From Patescibacteria group bacterium (GTDB lineage: Bacteria > Patescibacteriota > Minisyncoccia > Phycocordibacterales > JBBUBG01): 64,000 bases of DNA. Positions 28,750 through 37,962 of this stretch are shown here, piece after piece. How positions within the stretch are numbered: the first letter of the stretch is position 1; each line of letters opens with the position of its first letter. The translations under genes were made by a program, and so were the position numbers. The notes below the pieces were generated by a model. The model saw nothing but the letters and a program-made list of their open reading frames with translations. It ran no database searches and was not told where the DNA came from. The stretch spans positions 358 through 64,357 of the forward strand of contig JAZKIQ010000005.1 in the NCBI GenBank assembly GCA_040384765.1, read 5' to 3'.

Positions 28750-29820
28750 TTAGCAGAGTAGCATGGCGTCGCCAAATGAGAAGAATCTATACTTTTCATC
28801 CACCGCAACCTCGTATAGCTCACGAACAGATCTTTTTGCATTTTTATCTTTGAGAAAGGCGTCGACAAGAAGCATGAGGGATGATTTGGGAAGATGAAAG
28901 TTGGTTATCAGATGATCCGCCACCACAAAACGATACGGATCTCGGATAAATATATCCGTGCTCCCCGGCCCAGCGCGAAGCAGTGCTCCCCCGCTCGCGG
29001 CCACCGCAGCGCTTTCAAGGGTACGGGTTGTGGTAGTGCCTACCGCGACGATAGCCACGCCCTCGCGTTTTGCTGCTTCGATCTTCTCTTTTGCTTGCAT
29101 GGGGATGGTGTACTCCTCCCGGAAAAGTGTCCGGGTATCATACTGCTCTTTGGTGAATGGAGAAAATGTTCCCAAGCCGACATGCAAAAAGAGTGTCGCA
29201 ACATCAACACCTTTACCTGCAAGCGAGGAGAGAAGTTCGGGAGTGAAATGGAGAGATGCAGTTGGAGCTGCTACCGATCCAGCTTCATTCGCAAACACTG
29301 TCTGATATCGAATGCGTAGCTCCTCTTCGGAGAGGCCCGAGCTGCCAAGATATTTAGGAAGAGGAGTAACCCCCTCACCCTCCAGTAGCGAAAACAGCTC
29401 TTCGCGAGAAAAATCAAAGCCAAACGTAAATATTTTTTCGTCTTGGCGGAGCACCAGGATGGCAGCGCCGTTTGTAAAGAAAAGCTTCTGGCCCGGGTTC
29501 ACCCTCCGGTCAACCAGGGCACGGATCTCCCCCGGCACTAGAGCGCCTTCATTAAGGAGGAAGAGCACCTCTACCCCTCCGCCAGTTTCTTTGCGAAGCA
29601 GTACGCGCGCTGGCACCACTTTAGTACGGTTCATTACGAGGAGACTCTTTTTGGGAAGAAAAAGAGCGAGGCGATCAAAGGTAGTATGAGTGACCTCGTC
29701 GGTTGCCGTGTTGTACACAAAAAGCCGCGAACTGTCCCTTTGGGCGAGGGGCGTTCGAGCGATAAGCTCGTCCGGAAGAGTGTAGGCAAACTGTTCGAGA
29801 AGCGGTTCCATAGATTCCAA
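28750..29820 (-). CDS. queA: S-adenosylmethionine:tRNA ribosyltransferase-isomerase QueA
   Basis: FAYTLPDELIARTPLAQRDSSRL N-terminus and full length. Confidence 0.8.
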   Translation of the reverse strand: MESMEPLLEQFAYTLPDELIARTPLAQRDSSRLFVYNTATDEVTHTTFDRLALFLPKKSLLVMNRTKVVPARVLLRKETGGGVEVLFLLNEGALVPGEIRALVDRRVNPGQKLFFTNGAAILVLRQDEKIFTFGFDFSREELFSLLEGEGVTPLPKYLGSSGLSEEELRIRYQTVFANEAGSVAAPTASLHFTPELLSSLAGKGVDVATLFLHVGLGTFSPFTKEQYDTRTLFREEYTIPMQAKEKIEAAKREGVAIVAVGTTTTRTLESAAVAASGGALLRAGPGSTDIFIRDPYRFVVADHLITNFHLPKSSLMLLVDAFLKDKNAKRSVRELYEVAVDEKYRFFSFGDAMLLC

Positions 29821-29877
29821 AATGTAACCACGAAAACGGGCTTCTGCCCAGAGAGCCGAGCATGATATGCTTTCCCC

Positions 29878-30351
29878 ATGTCATTCCCAAAAATCGACTC
29901 GAAAGCCCCCTCCTTTTCTCTCACCGATCAAGCAGGTGCTCCGCACACCCTAGCCGACTATGCTGGAAAATGGGTTCTCATCTATTTTTACCCCAAGGAC
30001 AACACTCCGGGCTGCACTGTTGAGGCGCTCGCTTTCGAGAGCAAGCTCCCCGATTTTACAAAGTACAACTGCGTGATACTCGGTGTATCGATAGATTCAG
30101 AGGCAGCCCACAAAAAGTTTTGTGAAAAGCAGAACCTTACCTTTACCCTCCTCTCCGACGTAGACAAAAAAATGGTCCACGCATATGGCGTATGGGACAA
30201 GAAAAAGTTTATGGGCCGCGAATATATGGGCATTCTGCGCACCTCTTTCTTGGTCAATCCTCTCGGCATCATTGCAAAGGTGTACGAAAACGTAAAACCG
30301 CCCGTGCATGCGAATGAGGTGCTGAACGATCTCTCAGCTCTTTCAAAATAA
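29878..30351 (+). CDS. bcp: peroxiredoxin Bcp (thiol peroxidase)
   Basis: YFYPKDNTPGCT active site. Confidence 0.85.
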   Translation: MSFPKIDSKAPSFSLTDQAGAPHTLADYAGKWVLIYFYPKDNTPGCTVEALAFESKLPDFTKYNCVILGVSIDSEAAHKKFCEKQNLTFTLLSDVDKKMVHAYGVWDKKKFMGREYMGILRTSFLVNPLGIIAKVYENVKPPVHANEVLNDLSALSK

Positions 30352-30368
30352 GTACGCCGGAAAAAGAA

Positions 30369-30414
30369 AACCCGCCTGCACTGCACGGATTTTCCGTGCA
30401 GTGCAGGCGGGTTG
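30369..30414. terminator. bidirectional terminator, 20-bp perfect stem
   Basis: aacccgcctgcactgcacgg-attttc-ccgtgcagtgcaggcgggtt; T-run on minus strand. Confidence 0.65.
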
Positions 30415-30418
30415 TTAG

Positions 30419-31012
30419 CTACCACGCCGCCATAAGCGTGCGCGCGATTGCGCCCATGTCGCTCCGGCCGCCGCAGTTGGAGGTCAGGATCGGATAGGTC
30501 ACGACCTTATCCGCAACGAGTGCCGCGAGTTGGCGTTCCTTTTCGCGGTGGTCGCAGTCGCACGCGAGCACTGCGACTTCGCACTTGGGGAGCTTTTCGC
30601 GGTACTCCCGGACGCAATCGATTGCGCTCTCGAATGCCGAGAGGCCTGCGTACGCGACCACCAGCACATTTTCGCCACCTGTTGCGAGAGGCAGATCCTT
30701 CTGAACCTCAGCACACACTTCGCGCTGATAGCCAGCGGCATCTGCACGCATAGAGTCGATGGTAGCGTCGGCCAGCTTGTGATCACCGACCGAGTGAGCA
30801 TGCGCGAGCAGAATTGCCCCGCCGAGGCTCGGAAACGCACCTCCGGCGTGCACCTTAACCGTGAGCCCTTCCGGCGTCCCCGGCACGATGCCATCTTCGA
30901 AGCCGCCCACCGTGTTGTACGTGACGAAGAGTGCTTCGAGAACCGGCTTGTGGGCAACCGCAATCTGCGGCAACACGACATTCACGAACTCTGCGAGCTT
31001 AATCCAGTTCAT
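30419..31012 (-). CDS. hypothetical protein, GC-rich cassette (~62% GC)
   Basis: 197 aa; SD gggaggg-7nt-ATG; own promoter P4 and terminator; no confident family. Confidence 0.55.
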   Translation of the reverse strand: MNWIKLAEFVNVVLPQIAVAHKPVLEALFVTYNTVGGFEDGIVPGTPEGLTVKVHAGGAFPSLGGAILLAHAHSVGDHKLADATIDSMRADAAGYQREVCAEVQKDLPLATGGENVLVVAYAGLSAFESAIDCVREYREKLPKCEVAVLACDCDHREKERQLAALVADKVVTYPILTSNCGGRSDMGAIARTLMAAW

Positions 31013-31053
31013 GGAAACACCCTCCCGGGCTAGAGCACTCTTATGTTATATGG

Positions 31054-31082
31054 AGAACCGTACTTTTTTATTATAACACATA
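31054..31082 (-). promoter_or_regulatory. consensus promoter P4 (TTGCTT-N17-TGtTATAAT)
   Basis: minus strand ttgcttttaacataaatatgtgttataat. Confidence 0.5.
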
Positions 31083-31119
31083 TTTATGTTAAAAGCAAGA
31101 ATACCTCTTGCCACAACCT

Positions 31120-31160
31120 GAGCAAGAAAAAAGACCCCTTACGGGGTCTTTTTTCTTGCT
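31120..31160. terminator. bidirectional terminator aagaaaaaagacccc-ttac-ggggtcttttttctt
   Basis: perfect 15-bp stem with A/T runs on both sides. Confidence 0.65.
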
Positions 31161-31412
31161 TTCCACGAGCATCCGCGTGAGACAATAAAGTCTCTTTTCT
31201 CCTGGACCGGGCTTTACCGTTGCGGGAACAGCGAGGGAAACACTCCCTACTTCACAGGTGAACCGCGTGTAATTACAGATGAGACCTTACCATGCAAGCA
31301 CCTTGTGTCAAGGCCAATGCCACTCCAAAGCTCATGCGGTAACTCCTTTTTTCTGATCCGTCTAAAGCATTGAAAGGTCGACGGACAACTGGCCTTTTCA
31401 TGGCCCACACAT

Positions 31413-31607
31413 ATGTGGCAGCAATGGGCAAACATGCTCATGGGCCTCTGGGTTATCGTTTCGGGGTATCTCGGATTTACCCCTGATGTGATGGCAACCA
31501 ACGTCACCATCTCGGGTGTCCTTATTTCAGGTTTTGCATTGTGGGGAGCCCTTGAACACCAGAGGATGAGCGACGGCCAATATGGCCGCAGAGAACGGCA
31601 CGCATAG
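31413..31607 (+). CDS. small 2-TM membrane protein (SPW-repeat-like)
   Basis: 64 aa; two hydrophobic hairpins GLWVIVSGYLGF / ISGVLISGFALWGAL; followed by hairpin at ~31625-31655. Confidence 0.35.
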   Translation: MWQQWANMLMGLWVIVSGYLGFTPDVMATNVTISGVLISGFALWGALEHQRMSDGQYGRRERHA

Positions 31608-31664
31608 CCATAGAAAAATATAAAAAAGGAACCCGGCCGCGACGAATTCGCAGCCGGGTTTCTG

Positions 31665-32138
31665 CTATCTGAATGGATTCGGAATCGGTGCACGCCAGAG
31701 AGATCTTCTGCGCACCGTTCGCCATGGATAGAAAAGTCGCGCCATCACCACCTCTCCGCGCAGGAGAAGCTGACGCTGTATTCCGAAGAGCTGGATCGCA
31801 AGAAGCGTATACAGCCGGATCATTGCAGGCGAGTAACTGTGCGGCACAATGAGCGGCACCACTCCCTTAGGTCGTGTCATAAGCCGCTCCGCCTCGTACA
31901 AGCGAATACGAGTTTGCTTGACCTGAATTCGCAGCGTCGAACCATCACGCAGATACATAACGGCATCTGTTTTTTCGTGATAGTCCTCATGCTTGGTCGC
32001 CCGTCGGACGTACGCAAGCCACGGAGGATAGTAGCGCGGATTCGACCACGCAGAGACAAACAGCTCCTCCGAAATGCGTCCGTTTCGGTTGCCAACTACT
32101 CCATCAACAGCACTCAAGAAAGAGACCTCCTTAAACAA
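31665..32138 (-). CDS. hypothetical protein divergent from lexA (candidate SOS-regulated gene)
   Basis: 157 aa; shares the LexA-box-containing intergenic region with lexA. Confidence 0.4.
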   Translation of the reverse strand: MFKEVSFLSAVDGVVGNRNGRISEELFVSAWSNPRYYPPWLAYVRRATKHEDYHEKTDAVMYLRDGSTLRIQVKQTRIRLYEAERLMTRPKGVVPLIVPHSYSPAMIRLYTLLAIQLFGIQRQLLLRGEVVMARLFYPWRTVRRRSLWRAPIPNPFR

Positions 32139-32212
32139 GAACCCCCGCAGGGACTATACCGAGGAGTTGTGGCGCGAGCAAGAAAAAGAGTTTTCCACCG
32201 TCTGCGCTTGCA

Positions 32213-32230
32213 TGTGTACGATCGTACACA
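32213..32230. promoter_or_regulatory. putative LexA operator: perfect 18-bp palindrome TGTGTACGATCGTACACA (GTAC-N4-GTAC type)
   Basis: perfect palindrome 13-30 nt upstream of lexA ATG in the divergent region. Confidence 0.6.
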
Positions 32231-32242
32231 CATACTAGATGC

Positions 32243-32812
32243 ATGAGCATAAAACATACCATCGACCGAATCCGTACTTTTTATGATAGCCGAAAGCGCA
32301 TGCCTTCCGTTTCAGAGCTTGCAAAGCTGTTTGGCTACACCTCAAAGACCGCAGCCGCACGCCTTATCTCAAAGCTCATATTGGAAGCGGGATTTGAGAA
32401 AGATAAGGAGGGCAAGCTGCTCCCGCCTGATGACTGGGGCGAAATCATGATGCTTGGGTATGTTGAAGCAGGCTTCCCCTCCCCGGCCGAAGAGGAGCTC
32501 ATCGACACCATGTCGATCGACGAATATCTGATACAGCACCGCGAACGTACCTTCATCCTCACCGTAAAAGGTGACTCAATGAAAGATGCAGGTATCATGC
32601 CAGGCGACCTGGTGCTCGTAGAGCGTGGACTTGAGCCCAAAGATGGACAGATTGTAATCGCAAGTGTAGATGGCCAGTGGACAATGAAATATTTTAGAAA
32701 ACGAAGAGCGAGTGTCCTCCTTGAGCCAGCCAATGCTCGCTACAAGCCGATCGTTCCGAATGAATCTCTAGAAATTGGAGCGGTTGTCAAAGGCGTCATC
32801 CGAAAATATTAA
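32243..32812 (+). CDS. lexA: LexA repressor (S24 peptidase)
   Basis: N-terminal wHTH, Ala-Gly cleavage region, KGDSM Ser and MKYFRKR Lys dyad. Confidence 0.85.
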   Translation: MSIKHTIDRIRTFYDSRKRMPSVSELAKLFGYTSKTAAARLISKLILEAGFEKDKEGKLLPPDDWGEIMMLGYVEAGFPSPAEEELIDTMSIDEYLIQHRERTFILTVKGDSMKDAGIMPGDLVLVERGLEPKDGQIVIASVDGQWTMKYFRKRRASVLLEPANARYKPIVPNESLEIGAVVKGVIRKY

Positions 32813-32919
32813 AAAATGCATCGCGAGGCCCTACGAGCGATTCCACTTCCCCAACCACACCCACCCCAACGAGCAGATAAGAGAAATTCGCTTTCCGGTA
32901 GTTCTTTAAGAAAAGCTTG

Positions 32920-33045
32920 CGCAGTCGTCCGCAGCCGGTGCGGGGCATTTTTAAGTGTCGCTCAGCAGAGCAATGCCCCGACCGGACGACGAAAACCAGA
33001 ATAATTTTCCGCTGGGAAAATTATTCTGGTTTTCGAAAAGAATCT
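32920..33045 (+). other. two adjacent long stem-loops between lexA and dinB
   Basis: hairpin 1: gtcgtccgcagccggtgcggggcatt ... aatgccccgaccggacgac; hairpin 2: perfect 23-bp stem cgaaaaccagaataattttcc-gctg-ggaaaattattctggttttcg. Confidence 0.5.
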
Positions 33046-33066
33046 ACCGAAAAGCGACCGAAACCC

Positions 33067-34392
33067 ATGTTCCAACGATACAACGAACCCATTGAAATCA
33101 GCTCGTTCCCTCGCGCCATTATCCACATCGACGGCGACGCCTTTTTCGCTTCCTGCGAACAGTCGAAAGACCCTTCGCTCCGAGGAAAAGTAGTGGTCAC
33201 TGGCAAAGAGCGCGGGATCGTAGGATCTGTATCGTACGAGGGCAAAGCGCTTGGCATATCCCGCTCGATGCCCCTCTTTGAAGTACGGAAAAGATTCCCT
33301 CAAGCGATTATTCTCCAGTCGGACTACGAAACGTACTCCCTGCTCTCACACCGTTTTTTCTCTATCGTTCGAAGATACACACCCGTAGTCGAGGAGTACG
33401 GCATTGATGAGTGTTTTGCCGACCTCACTGGCATGCGAGGGCCACTTCACAAATCGTATACACAGATTCTCGATACGATTCAAAAAGAGCTCGCGCTCGA
33501 GCTTGGATGCACCTTTTCGATCGGTATGTCTGTAAATAAGGTGCTCGCAAAAGTCGGCTCAAAATGGAAGAAGCCTTCCGGCACGACGCTCATTCCAGGC
33601 CGCGATATCAAAACATTTCTGCGAGACCTTCCTGTACAGAAGATCTGGGGTATTGGGTTTGCCACAACAGCGCACCTCGAAAAACTTGGGGTACGCACTT
33701 CGCTCGAGCTAGCAGAGAAGCCACGCGAGTGGGTTGAGCGCCACTTTTCAAAACCAATGGTCGCCTTGTGGCGTGAACTAAACGGAGAGTATGTCATGGA
33801 GCTTAATCGAGAAGAGAATAGTGCTCCAAAATCGATTCAGAAATTCAAAACCTTCACGCCACCCTCGTCTGACTTTGATTTTGTTTTTTCACAAATCTCC
33901 AAAAATATCGAAAATGCCTGCATCAAAGCGCGCCGCTACGGGCTCGCCTCTCCCCGCATGCAACTGGTGTTACGCGAGCAGAACTTTCGCATGTACGGTA
34001 TCGACATCACCTTTTCCCGAAAAACAGCCTATCCCAACGAAATAGTTGTTCTTGCAAAAGAGGCGCTCCTTAAAATCTGGCGCCCCAAAGTGAGCTACCG
34101 GCAAACAGGGGTAACGCTCATCCTCCTTGAAGATGCTGCCCTCGAACAACCCGACCTTTTTGGTGAATCGCTCCGCACAGAAAAAATGGAACGAATTTTT
34201 GAAAAAGTAGACGCGCTCCAAGAGAGATACGGAAAACATACGGTGTATCTCGCCTCCTCAGAAAAAGCGCACCGTTTCTTTGTGCACGGAGGGGCTCGAG
34301 GAGACAGCGCGCTACGAAGGGGCGCCGAACTCATTGGAGCAACCAAACGGCAACATCTGGGAATACCGATCTTCCTTGGCGAAATACAGTAA
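33067..34392 (+). CDS. dinB: DNA polymerase IV (Y-family, DinB); ORF-track start 32917 is an extension
   Basis: IIHIDGDAFFASCEQ catalytic motif, SxGxS thumb, little-finger domain. Confidence 0.8.
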   Translation: MFQRYNEPIEISSFPRAIIHIDGDAFFASCEQSKDPSLRGKVVVTGKERGIVGSVSYEGKALGISRSMPLFEVRKRFPQAIILQSDYETYSLLSHRFFSIVRRYTPVVEEYGIDECFADLTGMRGPLHKSYTQILDTIQKELALELGCTFSIGMSVNKVLAKVGSKWKKPSGTTLIPGRDIKTFLRDLPVQKIWGIGFATTAHLEKLGVRTSLELAEKPREWVERHFSKPMVALWRELNGEYVMELNREENSAPKSIQKFKTFTPPSSDFDFVFSQISKNIENACIKARRYGLASPRMQLVLREQNFRMYGIDITFSRKTAYPNEIVVLAKEALLKIWRPKVSYRQTGVTLILLEDAALEQPDLFGESLRTEKMERIFEKVDALQERYGKHTVYLASSEKAHRFFVHGGARGDSALRRGAELIGATKRQHLGIPIFLGEIQ

Positions 34393-34394
34393 GG

Positions 34395-37187
34395 CTACTT
34401 CACCTCTACGACAAACGGAGCCACAACTATCTCCCCCTTGCTTTGGAACTCTGCGTACAGTTGGTAAAAACCTGGCTCTGGAAAGACGAGATCTGTCTCG
34501 ACGGAAGGACCGAATAGTTTTGGCAGGTCTCCTCCATGATGACTCCCCCCTCCAAACATACGTTGATACAGGGAAGGTGATGGCGTGCCGTGCGTATGGA
34601 TAAACTGATCAAACTCTTCCGAAGCGATCGTTATATGTGCGGCGGCCCCAAGGTATGGTTCAAGGTTAAAGAGAGGTGCACCCTCGCGTGCGAGAGCAAA
34701 TTTGATATGACTCTTTTTCCCCGCAATAAGCTCGCCATGGTCGAGCTCGACCTCTACACCACCAGTCGCACGAACCACAGTCTGACTTTCATGTGAAAGT
34801 GCCCTACGATCTTCACCAATCTGCACCGGATAGTGGTCAACATACGGAGTACCGTGATGCAGATAGCTGTATCCAATAAGATATCGGCCGGAGCGAGGAA
34901 ATTCGTACGAAAGAGTATACTCACCCTCTTTCGTAGGAGCATCTTCGGAGTGAAGGTGTGCAAATGAGACTCCGTCCTCTGCAATAACCGAAACATGAAG
35001 AGTCTTTTCATGCGAGATCTCAAGCCCGGAGATCGGATTTTTATCCGCACCTTGGAAGCGAATTAATATTTGAGAAGGGGCGCCCGGAATCGCACCATCG
35101 ACTCGCACAGAACTTTGTGGCCGAGGAGCACTCAAAAAATATTCGTACTCCGACTGATCAGCAAAATGGTAGGTAGAGATCCCCTCTCCCACCATGCAGC
35201 CGTACACCGCACGTGAGTTTATCGCAACACCAGCACGCATTGGAGCCGCTACATGCCAGTAGTGTCTATTTTTTTCACACGATCGATGAAAAGGTGTATC
35301 TGCAACAAGAAAACCTACGATGAACACGAGACCCGCAAAGATACCAACCCCAAGGAGCGACCGGAAAAGATGTCTCGCCGTAAGATCAGGAAGAAGCACA
35401 GACTCCCGCGGCAGCCCTTCTACAAAGAGAAGGTGTTTTCGAGCAACAGTGAATACGAGCAAGATTCCCGCAATCGCCACAAGAAGCACTCCTTCAAAGA
35501 GACCTCCGTTGTGCGCAAAGTGTGAGGGGAGGCGCATAAAGTCGCGCGGTGCATTGAGGGCAAACTGGGCAGTTGCATCGTATCCATCCTTTTGGGACTG
35601 GGAGACAAATGCAAACCAATGCCCTCCGGGCGTAAAGCTCACCTCAGGAAATACGTATCGATTTTCTGATCTCTTCTCGAGGGCCACGAGAATCGGCCCA
35701 ATACCCTCCTCTCTATTCTGGAGAAGCACAGTAGGCTCCCCCATAAGCACCACGCCACTCTTTGGCACGAGCCGAAGGAGCACCTGGCCATCTTCATACG
35801 GATCTGCAGAGAGCGTAAGCTCTACTCCAGAACTTACGATTTTTTCATAATACGCGGAGCGAGCGTGAAGCGGCGGGGTTGTAATAATAAGGATACTGGT
35901 GAGATAGAGCACAAAAAGCCCCGTAAAGAACTCAAGGGCAAGGATGTAGTTGTCGGTTTCTCGATCAAAAAAAGAGATAATTGCTTCCCCGACCGCACCA
36001 AGCATCCGCGGCAGCGTCACAATCTGGCCGTAGGCGCGAAAAAAGAAAAGTGCACCTGCGACAAGCGAAAGCTGGAGAAAGAGCACCCCCCAGTCAGTCC
36101 CTGCAATATGTTCAAACCCTTTGAGATGCAGCCAGATAATATAGGTACCTGTTGTCCCTCCAACCAAAAGTGAGATGAGCGCGAGCTTTGAAAATGCCAC
36201 ATATGCCCCCTTTTTTTGCGTACTCCTGTGAAAAAGGAACAGATACGCGATCACTCCTCCGACCCACAGATCTTTAAAGAGAAGGTGTACCCAATTTACA
36301 ACAATGGAAAAAGCAGGATAGATCTCTGAGGCGGCAGCATGGCTAATATGTGCTCGCAAAAATGCCATTGCGAGGACGAGTAAAGCAAGAATGAGGATTC
36401 TTGGTGAACGTTTTTGCATTAAGAGATCTCGAGAAACCCCTGCAAACAGAGCAAGGAACATAAGAGCGAGCACCCCCCGTACTATCGAGCTCATGCCTGC
36501 AGCTGTAGCGGCAAATATACGAGCGTTATCGAGAAATGTGCCGCTCGAAAGGAGGGAGAGGTCTCGCGTTTTAAGCACGAGATACGCAACCGTCCCTGCA
36601 AGAACGAGCGCGACTGCAACATATACAAATCGCCGCACCCGCTCCCTCGGAATGGTGCTGAAAAAATCTTCCTTTTTCCAGATACCGAGCAAGATAAACC
36701 CAAGGAGCGCCACGAGCATTGCTTGTCCAACAAGCTCAAGCCAGAGCGTAAACGCCTCGAGGCGAGTGCTGGAATGCACAATCTCAAAACCAGAGCCAAG
36801 ATAGGCTCCACTACTTGTAGCCGCTGTACCTACGAGAAGCGAGTATGCGCCCTTTGTAAAATGGCCGTCATCGCGGGACACCACCTCCCATGAGATGGTG
36901 TACGCACCCTCCTCCTCAAATGGAAATGGCGCCACGAGCTCCCGAGGCTCTGCCCCATCTACTCTTGAAACAAGCTCCGTGCTCTTCTCCACTCCTCTCG
37001 GGTAAACGAAGATGGAGCTTGCACCCGACTCCACCTTTTCACTAAAGGTGATACTCAGCTCTTCGGGGGCAGTTGTGAGTCGCGCACCGGCAGCAGGAGC
37101 AAAGCGCACCGGTGTGGCATGAGCCTCCGCAAAAAACGGAACCGCGGAGAAAAGAAACCCAAAAAAAAGAAGAATTATTTTGTTCAT
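34395..37187 (-). CDS. copper resistance CopC-CopD fusion membrane protein with additional C-terminal periplasmic domains (YcnJ-like)
   Basis: N-terminal CopC fold (HATPVRFAPAAGARLTTAPEELSITFSEKVE), ~8 TM CopD domain, C-terminal domains with FxHxH segments. Confidence 0.65.
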   Translation of the reverse strand: MNKIILLFFGFLFSAVPFFAEAHATPVRFAPAAGARLTTAPEELSITFSEKVESGASSIFVYPRGVEKSTELVSRVDGAEPRELVAPFPFEEEGAYTISWEVVSRDDGHFTKGAYSLLVGTAATSSGAYLGSGFEIVHSSTRLEAFTLWLELVGQAMLVALLGFILLGIWKKEDFFSTIPRERVRRFVYVAVALVLAGTVAYLVLKTRDLSLLSSGTFLDNARIFAATAAGMSSIVRGVLALMFLALFAGVSRDLLMQKRSPRILILALLVLAMAFLRAHISHAAASEIYPAFSIVVNWVHLLFKDLWVGGVIAYLFLFHRSTQKKGAYVAFSKLALISLLVGGTTGTYIIWLHLKGFEHIAGTDWGVLFLQLSLVAGALFFFRAYGQIVTLPRMLGAVGEAIISFFDRETDNYILALEFFTGLFVLYLTSILIITTPPLHARSAYYEKIVSSGVELTLSADPYEDGQVLLRLVPKSGVVLMGEPTVLLQNREEGIGPILVALEKRSENRYVFPEVSFTPGGHWFAFVSQSQKDGYDATAQFALNAPRDFMRLPSHFAHNGGLFEGVLLVAIAGILLVFTVARKHLLFVEGLPRESVLLPDLTARHLFRSLLGVGIFAGLVFIVGFLVADTPFHRSCEKNRHYWHVAAPMRAGVAINSRAVYGCMVGEGISTYHFADQSEYEYFLSAPRPQSSVRVDGAIPGAPSQILIRFQGADKNPISGLEISHEKTLHVSVIAEDGVSFAHLHSEDAPTKEGEYTLSYEFPRSGRYLIGYSYLHHGTPYVDHYPVQIGEDRRALSHESQTVVRATGGVEVELDHGELIAGKKSHIKFALAREGAPLFNLEPYLGAAAHITIASEEFDQFIHTHGTPSPSLYQRMFGGGSHHGGDLPKLFGPSVETDLVFPEPGFYQLYAEFQSKGEIVVAPFVVEVK

Positions 37188-37243
37188 ATAGATAGGTACC
37201 TCCACACAAGGTTGAACCTTGTGTGGAGCAACGTACCTACATG

Positions 37244-37918
37244 TTACCCATTTCGTCGTCTCGCCGATAGCCCAAAGCCTACACCAAGCGCTCCAAGAAG
37301 AAGCCCTGCGTAGGTGTGCGAGGCAGGAGCGCCTTGCTTGGAGATCTCAAGAGCAGACGGAACGGTCTCAGGAAAGGTAAGGTCGGTCTTTGCTCGAGGG
37401 CACCCAAACGACCCCGCCTGGAATGTACGCGTTACGCTTGCAGAAACTGTCTTTGGGGTGCGATCCTCGCCCGATTTTGCCTCGCCAGCTGCGGCACAAG
37501 GAAAGGTGAAGTCAAACGGCGTGGCATCGATCGTACCAAACACTCGATAGGCGTAGGTTGTCTGTACCGTAGGGATAAAAGGCGCCTTGTACGCACCTGC
37601 CTCTCCATGCACAGGCGAGAGATCAAAGGTCTTCTTCTTTGCACCAGCTGCAATCTCAACCTTGAGGGTTTTCTCGAGACCCGTCACCGGGGTAGCTTTA
37701 AGAGATGCTGAGTCCTCTGGTTTCGCGGGATCGGCAAGCTTTATGCGAAGATCAACACCAGTCTTATCATCTACCACCACAGGCTCAGCAAGAGAGCCGA
37801 TTACAAACAGATACTGTTTACCATTTATCTCAAACACCTGTCGCTCATGCGCAGATGCGATAGTTGGCGAAAGCAAGCAAACAGCAAGAAGAACCGGGAT
37901 GAACAGTTGTTTTTTCAT
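37244..37918 (-). CDS. YcnI-like (DUF1775) copper-binding protein, C-terminal TM anchor
   Basis: signal peptide cleaved to expose N-terminal His (ASA|HERQ); adjacent to CopCD as in B. subtilis ycnJ-ycnI. Confidence 0.45.
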   Translation of the reverse strand: MKKQLFIPVLLAVCLLSPTIASAHERQVFEINGKQYLFVIGSLAEPVVVDDKTGVDLRIKLADPAKPEDSASLKATPVTGLEKTLKVEIAAGAKKKTFDLSPVHGEAGAYKAPFIPTVQTTYAYRVFGTIDATPFDFTFPCAAAGEAKSGEDRTPKTVSASVTRTFQAGSFGCPRAKTDLTFPETVPSALEISKQGAPASHTYAGLLLGALGVGFGLSARRRNG

Positions 37919-37962
37919 ATAGAGATTCAGGTTATTAAGAGTCAGCCTACAAAAAAGGGACT

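Noticed and set aside
31190-31410. Possible RNase P RNA / SRP RNA / tmRNA in the ORF-free region (CCGGGCT motif resembles RNase P P4)
   Set aside because: Only a short fragment resembles the P4 consensus. The other universal RNase P, 4.5S and tmRNA signatures are absent by eye, so this is left as an unassigned non-coding leader.
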